Shown in pieces: positions 1-12,150 of a DNA stretch of 64,000 bases; the stretch's first letter is position 1; each line of letters begins with the position of its first letter. This DNA is from Epiperipatus broadwayi. Its lineage: Eukaryota > Animalia > Onychophora. Location of the stretch: contig JAQFVV010000007.1 of assembly GCA_028023455.1 (NCBI GenBank), positions 16,058,001 to 16,122,000 of the forward strand, in the 5' to 3' direction. The position numbers and the translations under genes are program-made. The notes under the pieces were generated by a model, which saw nothing but the letters and a program-made list of their open reading frames with translations, did not search any database and was not told where the DNA came from.

Positions 1-215
1 AGATTTTAAAAGTCTAGGGTTACCGTTCCAGGATTAAAGGTCTTCATCATGAAAGTCAGCTTGAAATTAATCTGGGAATATTGGACAGATAGCTTTAGGC
101 ACTATCTTCTGGCATCTGTTAGTTACTAAAGCTTATAGTAGGGGGTATTGCTGTGGTAAAAGTAAAAGGGAAGCTGCTGAAAGAGCACATTGTAAACTGG
201 AGTCATGTAATGTTG
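1..215 (+). mobile_element. Family A repeat (degenerate, window edge)
   Basis: ..tgaaagtcagcttgaaattaatctgggaatattgga.. and its tail match 19610-19800 (reverse complement). Confidence 0.65.
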
Positions 216-1337
216 TATAAAATCTAAATATTAATGTGTGTAAATAAAAAGTTTAAACATATCATTTCTAAACATTGTAACACAGATAAATTGAAATCTA
301 TAAAATAAAAATGTTGAAACAACCATAGCAAGTCATTATTTTCCCATGCTAGTGCAAATGTTAATAAAAATACACTAATAGACACAATTATATTTTGCTG
401 ATAATTATGCAAAAAATTTAACTAAATAGTATTTAATATATAAACATAGAATAATCCTTTTCATCATATAATAAAATAATTTCAATTTAGTATTATAAAA
501 TAAGAGTTTTTTTTTATGCTGGGTATTATAATTATTAGGATATTAGGTTTTTCTCTTTATTGTTATTGCATTGGAGCAGAATAGATATTAAAAATTTGAC
601 ATGCATAACACGTGATCCATATCAGCAAATTTATATTTGATGGCACTATCCATTATGAATCTTTATAATGCTCATTATTATCACTAGTATGCAACTTTTA
701 TTTTATGTTGATCCTTTTGTGTACCTGATCTACAATAAATCTACTATGGTAGCTTACTCAAAACATTTATTTCATTAGACCACCTTTTATTTTTTCACTT
801 TAATTCCATTATCAAACATGTACACTATTCTTTTAAATAAATATTGCTTCTAAATTAACTATTCCATTAATGCAATAATGTCAAAATAAATTTTGATGTC
901 TTAAATAAACCATTGCAAATATTTTAATCTTATAAGATATCTAGCACTAATGTATCATGTAAAGTAAATATTGTATCACTAATTTAAATTATCTTTAAAA
1001 ACATTTATTTATTACTTTTTACAATGAATAGCTTATTACATCATAGCAGAAAGTTTTATCTAGTTTATTAGATGGATAATCTCTTATCATAATCTTAATG
1101 TTTTTTTTAAAGTGATGTTTAAATATTTATAGTTCTCTATGGAGGATGTTTAATTTCTGGTAAAAATTCAGAGTTGTTAGAGTTCAAAATATTTGTATGG
1201 AATATTGACCATACTCCAAGGTTACTGATGAAGGCAGTTATTCATAAAATTTGCTGAATAATTAATCAATTTTTCATATAGTATGAGAAATATTACCAAA
1301 TTCACTAATTCCTTTATTTTTCTGTAATATCTTATAG

Positions 1338-1863
1338 AAATGCAATTTATCCACTGTATTTTAAACACTTTTTATCAAAAATCTTTTATTGTACATATAT
1401 GCATACACAAACTTACATTTCAACTGTCCTGCAGTCTTCTTCAGAGCTATGATATAATGAACAAAATAAAATAAAATACATAACTATATAAATAATATCA
1501 TAAAAAAATGTAAAAAAAAATATAACAAAACATAATAAAACTGAAATAAATATAATAAAACCGAAAGGCACATGCATAATTTATTTTATATTTATATTGT
1601 ATATTTTATTTTATATTAACTGGATTATTTTATTTGGGTTTTATTATATTTATTTCAGTTTTATTATGTTTTGTTATATTTTATGTTTTTTATTGTTTAC
1701 ATTTTTGTGGTATTATTTATATAGTTATGTATTTTATTTTGTTCATTATATCATAGCTCTGAAAAACACTGCAGATCAGTCAAAACATAAGATTATGTAT
1801 GCATATATCTACTATAAAAGATTTTTAATAAAAAGTGTTTAAAATAGTGGATAAATTGCATTT
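1338..1863. mobile_element. Fold-back element, ~225-bp arms, hammerhead motif on each arm
   Basis: Arms 1338-1563 and 1636-1863 are inverted copies; minus arm AGCU-CUGAAGA-A-GACUG-CAGGA-CAGUU-GAAA-UG-UA-AGU. Confidence 0.8.
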
Positions 1864-3892
1864 ATGTAGTATGAGCAATGAAATATTCCAAAAATTTGAG
1901 CTGAGTCAAAAAAAAAAATATTATGCATGACGATTGGTACTAGCATTTCTTCAAATTTATTTATAGATAATTCAAAATGCATTTATTAAAAAATATTATT
2001 ATAACTGTACTGATTAGCATATCTGTCAGTTGGTTGTTGACATAAATTTGAATTTGGTAAAACATGAAATTTTTTTCAGGTAGGTAAAAAAATTTTTCCA
2101 AGTAATTGGTTTTCAAATAATCTACCTAGCTTTCCAATTATTGGTCAGTAAATGGGTATTTAACTAGTTATGACTAGAGTATAAAACTACCTGATTAAGC
2201 TAATTAAGTAGGTAAATGACCATTCAATAGTCATAAACAATTGTGACTGTAGTATAATATAGTCATTACTATTAGCCAGGTGAGGGTGGGTGATGTTATA
2301 CTCTTACAAACAGAGTTTTAATATTTCAAAATTATGTAGAAAAAACTTATTGATTCTTTATAATGATTTATTTAGTAATATCATTTCAGTAATTATTATT
2401 TTATTATTTGCAGTATGTTTATTTGAATAGAGAGATGTAATATCACATGGTATATGTTTGTGATTTTATTATATTAAATTTTCCTAATATAGTTTCTATA
2501 AGTCCTGCCATTACAATTGGTATTTGCGTAGTAAAAGAATACATATTCATTGTTTTTGTGCGTTTGTATGTAAGTAACATAAGTAAATAGACTAAAAATT
2601 ATTATAGAAAGTAAAACAAATAAGATACGCATTTCACAAAAATATGTTATTATAATAGAATGATATATTGCTCAGATGTCTGAAAGAAGTAAGAGCACCA
2701 GAATAGAACTATAATCCATAAACTTTGATCTAGGACAACTATTTACCGTTATATCAATTATGCTATGCAAGAAATATACTAATTTCTCATCATAATCTTC
2801 ATTGATATTGACATGTGTTTGTCCTATTGTTTCTAAGTATCACAAATCAATTACATTAAAGTATTTGGGCTTTATTTCAGCAAATTTGTATGATTCATTC
2901 TTTACTTTCTTCATTATTGTATCCAATTTTACATATCCAAATATGTCATAAACAGAAAACAATTCTCTTCTACATATTCTTTACAGGAAGATTTTTATAT
3001 CCACAAAAATGCACGATAATAGACTGCTTTTTGATAAAGCACACATAGACACCATTTGACTACTCAATATAATCATTCATATAGGTCTGGTTATTAAACT
3101 GATATAAATGTAAATGGCTTCCCCTTAAACATCAAAAGTTTTTGTACATAAGCTACATGCCCAGAAACTTTATTAATCAAATTAAATATTTCCTCCCTAG
3201 AAAACCCTTATCTACAACAATAAACTCTTCTATTTCTTATGTTTTATTAATTTATTTATTTTTACAGTGGTTGTTTATTTATTTTTTGCTTCCATTTTAA
3301 TCCAAAACTATTTTATCTTATCCTTATATTCTCTGTTTTCATCATAAACATCTACCGTGTTCCCGTAGTAATAAGATTGTTTTTATATTAATTTTTGTTC
3401 CAAAAGATGACTTAGGGCTTATTTTCAGAGGATGTTTTATTTTTTCATGTACAAAAATATAAATTTATTCAAGCACAAAAATCTATATTTCTTCAAATAC
3501 AAAAATGTACATTTATTTAATATTTGTAATTGCAACAGCATGTAAATAATTTTTATCATTGCTTGAATATATAATGATTAGGATTACAATCTTATCACAG
3601 AACATTCTCATTCAATATGAGAATATTAATTTATTTACAGTTTGTTAAATTAGTAATATTTAATTTAAAATATTATTTAAAATGTTACACAGACTTGATT
3701 AATTTTTGAACTAAAATTTTCATTAAAAATAAATTTTAGCCTTTTCAGATATCAGTGTTGACTTATTTACAAGATATTTGGTTGCAGGTCAGATGAAAGA
3801 GGAATTATTATATTAGACTGAATAAAAGTGCATTGATAAGTGAAAAGTAAAATGATTACTTATGAGTCTTTCTGACAAATAATTTATAAATA

Positions 3893-4162
3893 TTGCTTAC
3901 AATAATTTCTCTTATATACACTTTAATGCAAAACAATTTTTTAAATAAAACTTCTTTATTTTTCTGACAGTTTCAACTGTCCAGCAGTCTTCATCAGAGC
4001 ACTCTCAAATTTTCTCTGTCTTTTAGATTTAAAAGGCAAAGGAAATTTGAGAACATTCTGATGAAGACTGCTGGACAGTTGAAACTATCAGGAAAATAAA
4101 GAAGATTTATTTAAAAAATTGTTTGCATTAAAGTGTATATGAAAGAAGTTGTTATAAGCATT
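3893..4162. mobile_element. Fold-back element, ~125-bp arms, hammerhead motif on each arm
   Basis: CUGAUGA-A-GACUG-CUGGA-CAGUU-GAAAC at 4058 (+) and mirrored at 3963-4000 (-); same stem II as the 1338 element. Confidence 0.82.
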
Positions 4163-4974
4163 ATATATGAATATATGAAGAAATGCAAAGAAAGTAAAGG
4201 AGAAGAATAAGAGTATATGCCAAATAATTCTGAGTAACACTTATTTAAATACAAAAATCTACATTTATATGAATTTATACATTCATTACTTTATAACTCA
4301 ATATGTTTGTTATGTGTTTCACTAAGCTAACAATCTTATTTGGGCTTTTATTGGGGTAGGACATATTATTAGCATCCTGAAAAAATATATTATGGTTTAT
4401 TTCTGATTATTTCTTATTTTGAGAGAAAATGTAGTATATGAAAAATCTATAAAATTTCTATCCTTATCATCCCTTTTACATTTAAATGTTTCACCTTTTC
4501 CTAGAAGTTATTCTAATTTCTTTTTTAAGCTTCATACTTCAAAAACAAATCTTTACTATTCTTATAAACTCCATCTACAATTCAAATCCTCATCTTATTT
4601 TTATTTTTTCAGCCTAATACTTAAAGTTCCTGATGTTGTACCAAATAATGATAACTTTCCTTTAACGTTATCACACATTCTTTCATGTTTTATCTATTTT
4701 TTATTCATATATAACTCCAAACTGTTTTTTTATTTGCATTCATTTTCCATAATGATTTCTTTTTTTTTTCTAACTAACTTATTTACCCACTTTTTAGTTA
4801 TTTATCTATATATAAATATAAACATTTTCCATACTCAATATTGCATAATAAATTGTGATTATACTCAAACTACTGGTTAATTAAGTAAATGAAATACTCT
4901 CATTTCAAAGCACAAGACAACTTTTTTAGAGAAAAGAATGGACTGTCTTCTCTTTACTTCATTTTCTTTTAAAC

Positions 4975-5200
4975 ACTAACATCACATGACCACCATTTTT
5001 TATGTTTATACAAGATCCAAGGCTTCTCACTGATGAAAGCCACAAGCTAAAAACTAGTCTGGGGATATTGGATGAGTAGACACTAGATAGGGATTTATTC
5101 ACAAATCTTCCTGCATCCATTGATTACTCTGGCTTACACTGAGTGGTACTGTTGTATGGAAAGTTTAGCCTCCATGTTGATTTTATTTATAGAGGTTTAT
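4975..5200 (+). mobile_element. Family A repeat
   Basis: gatccaaggcttctcactgatgaaagccacaagctaaaactagtctggggatattggat at 5014-5072. Confidence 0.75.
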
Positions 5201-5564
5201 CTGAATCACTTTGGAAAGAAAGCATGAATATTTTTTAATCAATAATATTATTTTTTAAAGCTATATTTTAAATTTGTTTATGATATTTTAATTGAAATTT
5301 GTGAAAATTTTCACTATACATATTGTCAATACTGACTCAAATGAAATACATAAAAAGTAATATGATTGATTTTAAAATATTCATACTTTCTTTCCAAAGT
5401 GCTTTAGACAGATCTTTTTAAAGGGAATTGGGATAGAGAGAGAAGACCATCCATTCTTTTCTCTAAAATTAGTTTGTCTTGTGGTGTGCATTGACAGTAT
5501 TTCATTTAATTAATAAACCAGTAATTAATATAATCTCGATCTGTTATCTACCTATATATATATA

Positions 5565-6145
5565 TATATGTATTTATAAATATTAATTCTTATTAAGCAC
5601 AATATACTTAAATAAGGCTAAAACCTTAGTACATGCACCTTGAGTGCTTAATTTATTACAAGAGAGACCTCTACAAATCTAAACACAAGATTCGACTTTA
5701 TAAAGATAAGAGCGGCCCACTCCTATCTTCAACCAATTTTTCTATATATATAGGTAAATCTAAAGCATCTGGGAGCATGAAGCTAATAAATTTTTCACTG
5801 ATTAAGTCCACTATTTCTGTTAAACATTAATGATTGCAAAATATTTCGATTTACTCATTGTAAATCAAAAATTTTGCAATCGTTAATCTTTAACAAAAAT
5901 AGTGGACTTAATCAGTAAAAAATTTATTAGCTTCATGCTCCCAAATCATAATGCTTTAGATTTGCCTATATATATATATATATAGAAAAATAGGTTGAAG
6001 ATAAGAATGGGCCGCTCTTATCTTTAAAAAGTCGAATCTTGTGTTTAGATTTGTAGAGGTCTCTCTTGTAATAAATTAAGCACTCAATGTGCATGTACTA
6101 AGGTTTTAGCCTTATTTAAGTATATATATATTTATATAAATACAT
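5565..6145. mobile_element. Long near-perfect fold-back (MITE-like), flanked by TA-rich runs
   Basis: Arms ~5565-5850 and ~5860-6145 are highly similar reverse complements with a loop of about 10 nt. Confidence 0.85.
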
Positions 6146-6479
6146 AAAAATAAACTGCTTATCTATTAATATTGCATATTGGAAACACTATTTTTATTGA
6201 TCTATTTTTATTCATATACTGAAACTTTTCAAATATTTTAAATTATTGAAAAAAAAAAACCCACCCCACCCCATTTCATCATGAAAAGCTTCCTTGCTAT
6301 CCACAATTCACTCAGAGCATAACTACCTGCTTATTTAGTTGTGTATTCTGCTTTAAATTTTCTACTTCCAGTATCTCACATTTATTACATGAAAATACAT
6401 CATATTTTTAATTACACTCATTCTATATTTTATTTCTTCAATTTTAATTCTCAACTATTTATGTAGTTCTTTTTTTCTT

Positions 6480-8060
6480 TTAATAAAATACTTAAATACA
6501 TATACTTTTCTATTTCTTTAATATAAATATCTCTCATTTTTTAAACTTTAGTTTTACCATTCCCATTACATTCAAGGATCTTTAATCTTTTTTCACTTAG
6601 TTTAATTTTCATATTTATTCGCGATTTTTCGTCCTTCTTTCTAATAACATCTCTATATCTTCTACGCTGTTTGCAAAAATATGCTATCAACCACAAACAC
6701 ACAAAGAATTTCTGTATTATGTAATCTCCTGGTTCCAACTATTTCTAATCTTTCTATTTCAACCTGTAATTTTCTTTGAAACAAAATAAATAATTAATAT
6801 GGAGATAATGGATATACTTGTTTCAATTCAATTTTATGGTAAATATCCACTGATTTTGGTATCTTCCAATTAGCACTTATGAAAATTATCCTTTTAAAGG
6901 ATTCAATCATTTTTAGAAATGCTGGATCTATTTACACATTTTAAAGTCTTCTCCACTATCTTCTATATTTAAAAATGAAATACATAAATGGCTTATTTTC
7001 CTTATAAAACAGTATAATCACCTAAGATACAATGAATAAATTACCTCCTATCATTCTCTTTAAACATAATCATTTATAAATATCCCTAAAATTGTACTCT
7101 TTTCCATGCATGTACTAATTCTATCCATTAGATTATATACAAAAATAATTTCAGTATATGCTGCTATCTGAAATAAATATCACATCACTTCAAATGTTAA
7201 AAAGTTTTCAGTTACACGTTTTGTGAATAAACATTGTTAGAGTCCACATCTCAAAACAGTTAATTCAAAAAGATACTGCTTTGAACTATAGGTTGCAAAG
7301 ATATTCAAACAAGGACTGTAAAATTTATATAAGCAACATTCTTTAATTTGGAAAAGTTCTTGTTTCAATATTTAATACCTTTGGAACCTACAGTTCAGAG
7401 AGGTACCTTTTTGAATTATCTGTTTTGAGATGTGGACTCTAATAATATTTATTCACAGAGGGCATAGCTAAAAATTTCTTAATGTTTGAAATGATTTGGT
7501 ATTAGGGTATGCATATATAATTTGTTAACTATTGAAGTAACTGCTGTTGATCTCTAATTAGTGAATAATCAATCCCACCTCCTCTTTTAATAATAATCTA
7601 ATCCCCATAATTGTCCATTCATCTGGAATCTTACTATCAATTATAATTTTATAAAAATTTTCTCTTGAATCAAACTTTGTATATATTCTCCTACCTATTG
7701 CCATCATTTTACATGCCATAACTTTTTTTTTTTTAATTTGCATTTTTACACTTCCTATTGCTCTATTCAATTTTCTAATTACCTTCTCATAAATTAAGCT
7801 CTCACATTAATTATGTTCACTTATCAACTGTCCATATATTTACTTATCAACTATGCTTCACCAAAAGTTATTATTATGAATTTATTAAAGTATTTTTTCC
7901 CAAATTCTCATCTATCTTCATAACTGACTTCATTCTGCATTTAATAATAGAATATTCTTTTTTTAATTTTTCTTATTCATTTATCTTTAAAAATTTTATA
8001 ACTGTCTCTTTCCACTTTGTTAATTTTCTCCCCTCTCTTTTTATTAACAAATTCATTGAT
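6480..8060 (-). mobile_element. Highly decayed LINE-like remnant interrupted by the 7170-7500 fold-back
   Basis: Minus-strand purine/Lys-rich broken ORFs (6541, 7558); no decisive motif seen. Confidence 0.3.
7170..7500. mobile_element. Fold-back / MITE-like element
   Basis: gagtccacatctcaaaacag..ttcaaaaag (7240-7270) mirrored at 7405-7440; arms extend to both ends. Confidence 0.7.
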
Positions 8061-9959
8061 ATATACAAATTACTTTATATGGACATGGCACTAGTAGGTT
8101 ATTCAGGTTTTATTTGCTTTCATGCAGCAACCTGTAATGCTACTTTACCAACTGTACTTTTATTGTGATGACAGAAATTGGAAATAAAATATATTGATTT
8201 ATTAGTTCAAAAAAAAATCTGAAGACAGCAGCTTTACTGCCAACAAATTCTGTCTACAAGCCATTGATTGGTGGAGAGCAGTCATAAATCTAAATAGAAA
8301 ATCTTTTATTATTGTTAATAATGAATTAAAAAATTACTCATTTTTCATAATTTATTTAATTATGTTTGCTTATTTTTACAAAATATTTGTCTAATAATTT
8401 TTTTTAAAATGAAAGTATATACCACTACATTTTGATTTTAATTAAATATGTTTTATTTTTAAAAATACAAATTAAAGAAATTCATCCATAATAAGAACAA
8501 TGTAACTATAATCTGTAATAGTTTGCTTAATTCAGTAATATACAACTTTTGTGATATTTTAATAATTATAAATACAATTTTATATTTTAAAACAAAATTT
8601 TATAGATTATGATGACTTAACATTAATTCATTTGCATTTTACAACTGAAAATCTTTCAACAAAAATTTCATTCTTTTCTATAAGAAAAAAAAATTCTCAT
8701 TTTGTATTTTATCTTTTTTTCTTATATTTGCAAAGCTCAAGCATGGTTTCTTAGAATAAACCCATATACTTCCTCAATTCTCATTTTCTTTTTAACAACC
8801 ATTTTATAATCCCAAATTTCTTTCTTCTCTGTTTCACACTTTTTAGATTCATCACATGATCACCATTTCTTTTTGTGAAATGCTTTCAATTAAGAACAAA
8901 AACATGTTACTTTACTTTTGATGTTTTTTTTCAAGACTTTTTTAATAATCTGAAGTAATTTATTACCATTTTTTGGGGTAATCTTACAATTAAATAAATC
9001 TCATTTAGTCAATTGTTCAAAAGATGAACCATCAAGGACGTAGGTTGAAAACAGCAATTTCCGTTAAACTGGCAAATCAAGGATTTTTATTATTGGAATT
9101 GATCTTGGAATAATCTCCAAGGTAATTTTACAATTAAAACTTAATTTATTTGCCTAATTTAACTTAAATAATTTATTTAATTAATTAAATTTTATTTAAA
9201 ATACTAATATACTTCTTAACTCATTTTTATTTGATTTCTTTTGATGTAATATTAATATATTACAGACTATTTAATTCTACTTTGTAAGCAACATATGTTA
9301 TTATTTATTTACCCGAAATAATCTTTTAACTTAAAAAAATGTTTCTATTATTATGGTTTCGTCTTCTAGAAAAATATTTGTTTTTAACGCTAACAATTGA
9401 GCATAAATTCTAATTTTTAAACTTACTAATAGGGGGAAGCACTATACATTTCTAAGCCAAAATGGTTGCTAAATAATATTTTAAAACAAATATATGGAGA
9501 AAAGGTTTTAAATAAAAAAATTTATTTTATGAAAGAGTGAGTGGCTTAGAGTTAAAAAAAGCTAGAACAATAAAAACTGATAGTTGCAATATATTAGAGA
9601 ATAATTTTATGAATTATATTAACACGAATAAAGAAATTTTAGATGTTAATTTTAGTATTATTTTCCGAGATATTTATTGAAAAAACTATATAGTTTGCGG
9701 ACGTCACCCGGCGCACTGACCATAATTTTCTGACTCCTGTTGCAATCTATACTATGCAGGAAGTTGTTATTGATAATATACCGCTTAACGCCCCTATCAA
9801 AAGGCGATTTCTAATGCTTTAATTTAATTTTTTGGGCATAAGTAATAAATGCATAACTACTTTAACAATAATAATACTCAGAAACAAAATATATACTATA
9901 ATCTTTATAAGTAAATAAAATATATTTAATATTATCATTATTTTCAACTATTATCGATT

Positions 9960-11600
9960 TACTACCGGATGACAGTCTTTTTAATCCAGTTTTTTCCCGA
10001 TCAATTTATAGCATCTTTTCTCCATATCACAGCAGTAAACTTTCTTGTTTTATTCATTCATTTCATGTGAGGTCTGGTTTTAGGTCTTTACAATCTCTTG
10101 GAATCAAATTTAAAACTTCAACTATTTATCTATTATCATTTCTTTTAACCCAGCGCCATTTCAGTCTCTTAATTCTTTAAACCATTAAACATCATATAAC
10201 TACCATTTTCTGTGCTTATACAAGCTGTTAAAACAAACGGGATGCGATGCACTGTGACCCCTTTTATCGGAGTCAGGAATCTTTCAGCCACTATTCCCAG
10301 AGAAACCTGTTAACCACTTTCCTTCCCTTTCCACTCCCCATCCTAAGTTTTTTCCATATTCTCTATCCTGCTCCATCCCATTTCCACAATATAATTTTTG
10401 TCAACTCCATGACCTTTATATCTAGATCCCCCTTATCTTTCCGAAACCCAGCATAAAAATTCAATAACCCACCTTTTATATAATCACTTTGTTTATATTT
10501 ATTTTCTCACAACTTCATTATTTATTCCCTTTCTACTTGCAAACATTTATATTCAAATAACAGATGCCTAATATTTTCTATGCTTCCTTACACAACTTGC
10601 AGATCCATTTATGTGTATATTCCCTTGTCGTTGAAGATTTTGTTCGAGCAAACAGTAAACTACTTACTTTGCTATTATCATAGATTAACTTGTACTCAAT
10701 ATTCTGTTTACTTCTACTCTCCATACTACTCCGCCATCTTTCCAACTCTCTATTCTTTATTAATGCATCTATTTTTTTATCCTATTCCTTGCCACTATAA
10801 CACTCAACAATTCTTCCTGTATCCATTGATTATCCTGGATTGCACTGGGTGGCTCTACTGTATGAAGAGTTTTGCCTCTCTTAATTCTTTTAATAATATC
10901 TGTGATATCTGCTTGTTCTTTCACCCACAAATTTTAATTTTTTCTTGTTACTCCTAACATATATCTCTTCATATCTCATTGAGGTCAGTAACACCTGTTT
11001 GTTCTCTTACTCATATATTGTGTTTTCGATCTCTTCTTGTTACTCCCAACATGCATCTCTCTATACTTCTTTGAGCGGTCTGAAATCTCTCTATTACTCT
11101 TCTGTTGAGTATCCAAGTCTCAGATCCATATGAAAGAACTAGTAAAATAGATTTAATAAAAAAACCTTTTTCAAACATAGGCATTTTTTCTGTTAATACT
11201 ATTTCTACAAAATGCATTCCATGCAAACATAATTCTATGATTAATTTCATCCCTTATATTTTCATTTGTGTTATCAATCTGAGCGAAGTATTTGTAATTG
11301 TTGACTTCTATTAATTCATGATTATCAATCTTTATCTTCTTCAGAAAAAATCCCCTGAATGATTCCTTTAATCTTTTTAGCATATTAAATTAGTCATACT
11401 TTACTTTTCCTATCATCTCATAACTCTTGCAACATTTCCTGAAGCTCTGAAGCATTATTTGCAAAGACAAGTGCATCATCTATATAATATAGATGACTTA
11501 ATATATTTTTTATTCCCTTAATCTCCTGTGTTAATCCACAAAATATGTTTTACAAAACTGTTGTACAAAATTTTGGAGACATGGATTCACCTATTGTTTT
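9960..11600 (-). mobile_element. RTE-clade LINE fragment, split by an insertion at 10179-10876
   Basis: ILLVLSYGSETWILNRRVIERFQTAQRSIERCMLGVTRRDRK; KRIKR|LKWRW resumes across the insertion. Confidence 0.82.
10240..10876 (-). mobile_element. RTE-X/L2-like LINE 3' fragment nested in the RTE
   Basis: IDALIKNRELERWRSSMES and the zinc-finger region match 36172-36879; same 3' end (gatgcactgtga..ggagtcaggaat). Confidence 0.8.
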
Positions 11601-11959
11601 CTCAATTTTAATCAGAAATTCTCAGTATCACCATGAGATCTGATCACTATTGTAGCACTTTGGTAAATACAAATTATGTTCATAATAAAATAGATTGCAG
11701 TATAATAAAAACAAGATGATGATAAGATTAAACCCTAATTAAATAAACAAATTAAAATTGCCTTGTTTCAATCCCATTGTGAGATAACTGAATTAATTTG
11801 AAAAGTCTATAATATCCCAAAAAGTTGATCACGATGATTGATCGAGATAACATGAAGCTATATAAATAGAATATCATCATAATAATAGAAAGTTAAACTA
11901 GATATCATGTAAGATCAATCATAAGATAATTCATTTTAGAGAAAAGTCATACATATGAT

Positions 11960-12150
11960 TTCCAGAAGTCAATGGTGTCATTACCTAATACTAATTGTGA
12001 GTGTGGAAGACTACAAACCATATTACATATTTGCAAGAATGCCTAATTTACCAGCTCCTGCTTTGCTTTGCATCACTTGGAGAAGGTCAAGAACTGTTAG
12101 TATTGAATTTTGATGTGCTGATACCATATGCTAAATAAATAAATTAACAA
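11960..12150 (+). mobile_element. Non-LTR retrotransposon 3' end with CCHC-type finger
   Basis: PNTNCECGRLQTILHI..C followed by a (TAAA)n tail. Confidence 0.55.

Noticed and set aside
224-412. Minus-strand ORF with a hydrophobic, signal-peptide-like stretch
   Set aside because: TTG start, no recognisable motif or partner exons; AT-rich DNA readily gives hydrophobic ORFs.
2800-3400. Decayed coding-like tract on the minus strand
   Set aside because: Multiple stops and no motif I can assign; likely an old TE but unsupported.
3749-3787. 39-nt AG..GT-bounded open segment (ISVDLFTRYLVA)
   Set aside because: Isolated, with no supporting neighbours; cannot be distinguished from chance.
4419-4880. 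Longer track ORFs rich in F/L/Y/S (4419, 1597, 10580, 21702, 33109, 50921)
   Set aside because: Low-complexity or antisense shadows of TE remnants; not treated as genes.
5633-5830. IYIGKSK as a GIY-YIG motif in the long palindrome
   Set aside because: Produced by a TA microsatellite; no first GIY element or downstream Arg/Glu pattern.
9083-9121. IFIIGIDLG motif (actin/Hsp70-fold-like) before a GT donor
   Set aside because: An in-frame stop lies just upstream, with no start codon, no good acceptor and no further exons.
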